A DNA stretch of 64,000 nucleotides from Methanocaldococcus indicus. Its GTDB lineage: Archaea; AGJL01; Methanococci; Methanococcales; Methanocaldococcaceae. The translations under genes and the position numbers were made by a program. The stretch spans positions 576,001 through 640,000 of the forward strand of contig NZ_CP186926.1 of NCBI RefSeq assembly GCF_049554935.1, in the 5' to 3' direction. The notes below the pieces were generated by a model that was given only the letters and a program-made list of their open reading frames with translations, was not told where the DNA came from and ran no database searches. Of this stretch, positions 63,572 through 64,000 are shown piece after piece; the stretch's first letter is position 1; each line of letters begins with the position of its first letter.

Positions 63572-64000
63572 AATATCTCAAATATTTCCTTTGCTAATCT
63601 TATTTTATCTTCTAAACTTTTCATCAATATGTTTGTTGTATAAACCTCACACTCAATATAATTTTTTAACTCTTTATCTTTGTTATCTATAACCAAAATA
63701 TCCAAAAATTCTTTATAAACCTCATAAACACCTATTGCATTACTTTCATATCCCTTAGCTTTCATTAACTTCCCAGCAGGTCCAGAAACAGGAGAATCTC
63801 CTATAAATGGGGAAACTGCTAAAACTTTCTTATTTTTTAATATTTCATCATAGCCAACTGATAGTATTGGGGAAATAGAGGTTATTGGATTAGATGGTCC
63901 TATAATAACTGCTTTACTCTTTTTTATATCTTCAATAGCCTTATCTAATGGTTTTGCATATATTGAATTTTCATATATAACATCTATAACATCTACATCT
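63568..64000 (-). CDS. cofD: 2-phospho-L-lactate transferase, C-terminal part; the gene starts beyond the window end
   Basis: Extending the frame beyond the tracked ORF gives [37 protein letters not shown]. Confidence 0.93.
   Translation of the reverse strand, partial: DVDVIDVIYENSIYAKPLDKAIEDIKKSKAVIIGPSNPITSISPILSVGYDEILKNKKVLAVSPFIGDSPVSGPAGKLMKAKGYESNAIGVYEVYKEFLDILVIDNKDKELKNYIECEVYTTNILMKSLEDKIRLAKEIFEIL

Overview
This is a very AT-rich, gene-dense chromosomal window from a hyperthermophilic methanogenic archaeon. Gene content, GGTGA-type Shine-Dalgarno (SD) sites and TTTATA promoters point to Methanocaldococcus (Methanococcales). Most of it is housekeeping: methanogenesis (mtd, fwdHFGDAC, marker 15, cofC, cofD, mfnC-like, tfrA), translation and RNA processing (selB, alaS, rnp2, rnp4, pus10, dph6, nac, tRNA-Ala(GGC), tRNA-Leu(GAG)), DNA metabolism (nrdD, nrdG-like, RPA, DinG/XPD), plus aglB, purA, gap, bioA, dapL and mat. 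One complete IS6-family element has a 9-bp target duplication. Five signals stand out: (1) a bacterial-type MutS1 overlapping a small PD-(D/E)xK-like nuclease gene, with no mutL in the window; (2) an unannotated 51-aa ORF coupled to gamma-prefoldin that looks like an armless prefoldin beta-hairpin, a possible natural filament cap; (3) a dual-guide box C/D sRNA overlapping the alaS stop codon whose guides match the 23S peptidyl-transferase centre; (4) paired 17-bp palindromes around the promoter of the fwd operon, whose first gene encodes an HTH-ferredoxin protein; (5) a perfect 6x30-bp tandem array of TATA box plus palindrome between tRNA-Leu and a TPR gene. No CRISPR array or SECIS element was seen. 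All family calls come from motif recognition and recall, not database searches. Several starts were moved from the ORF track to SD-supported codons.
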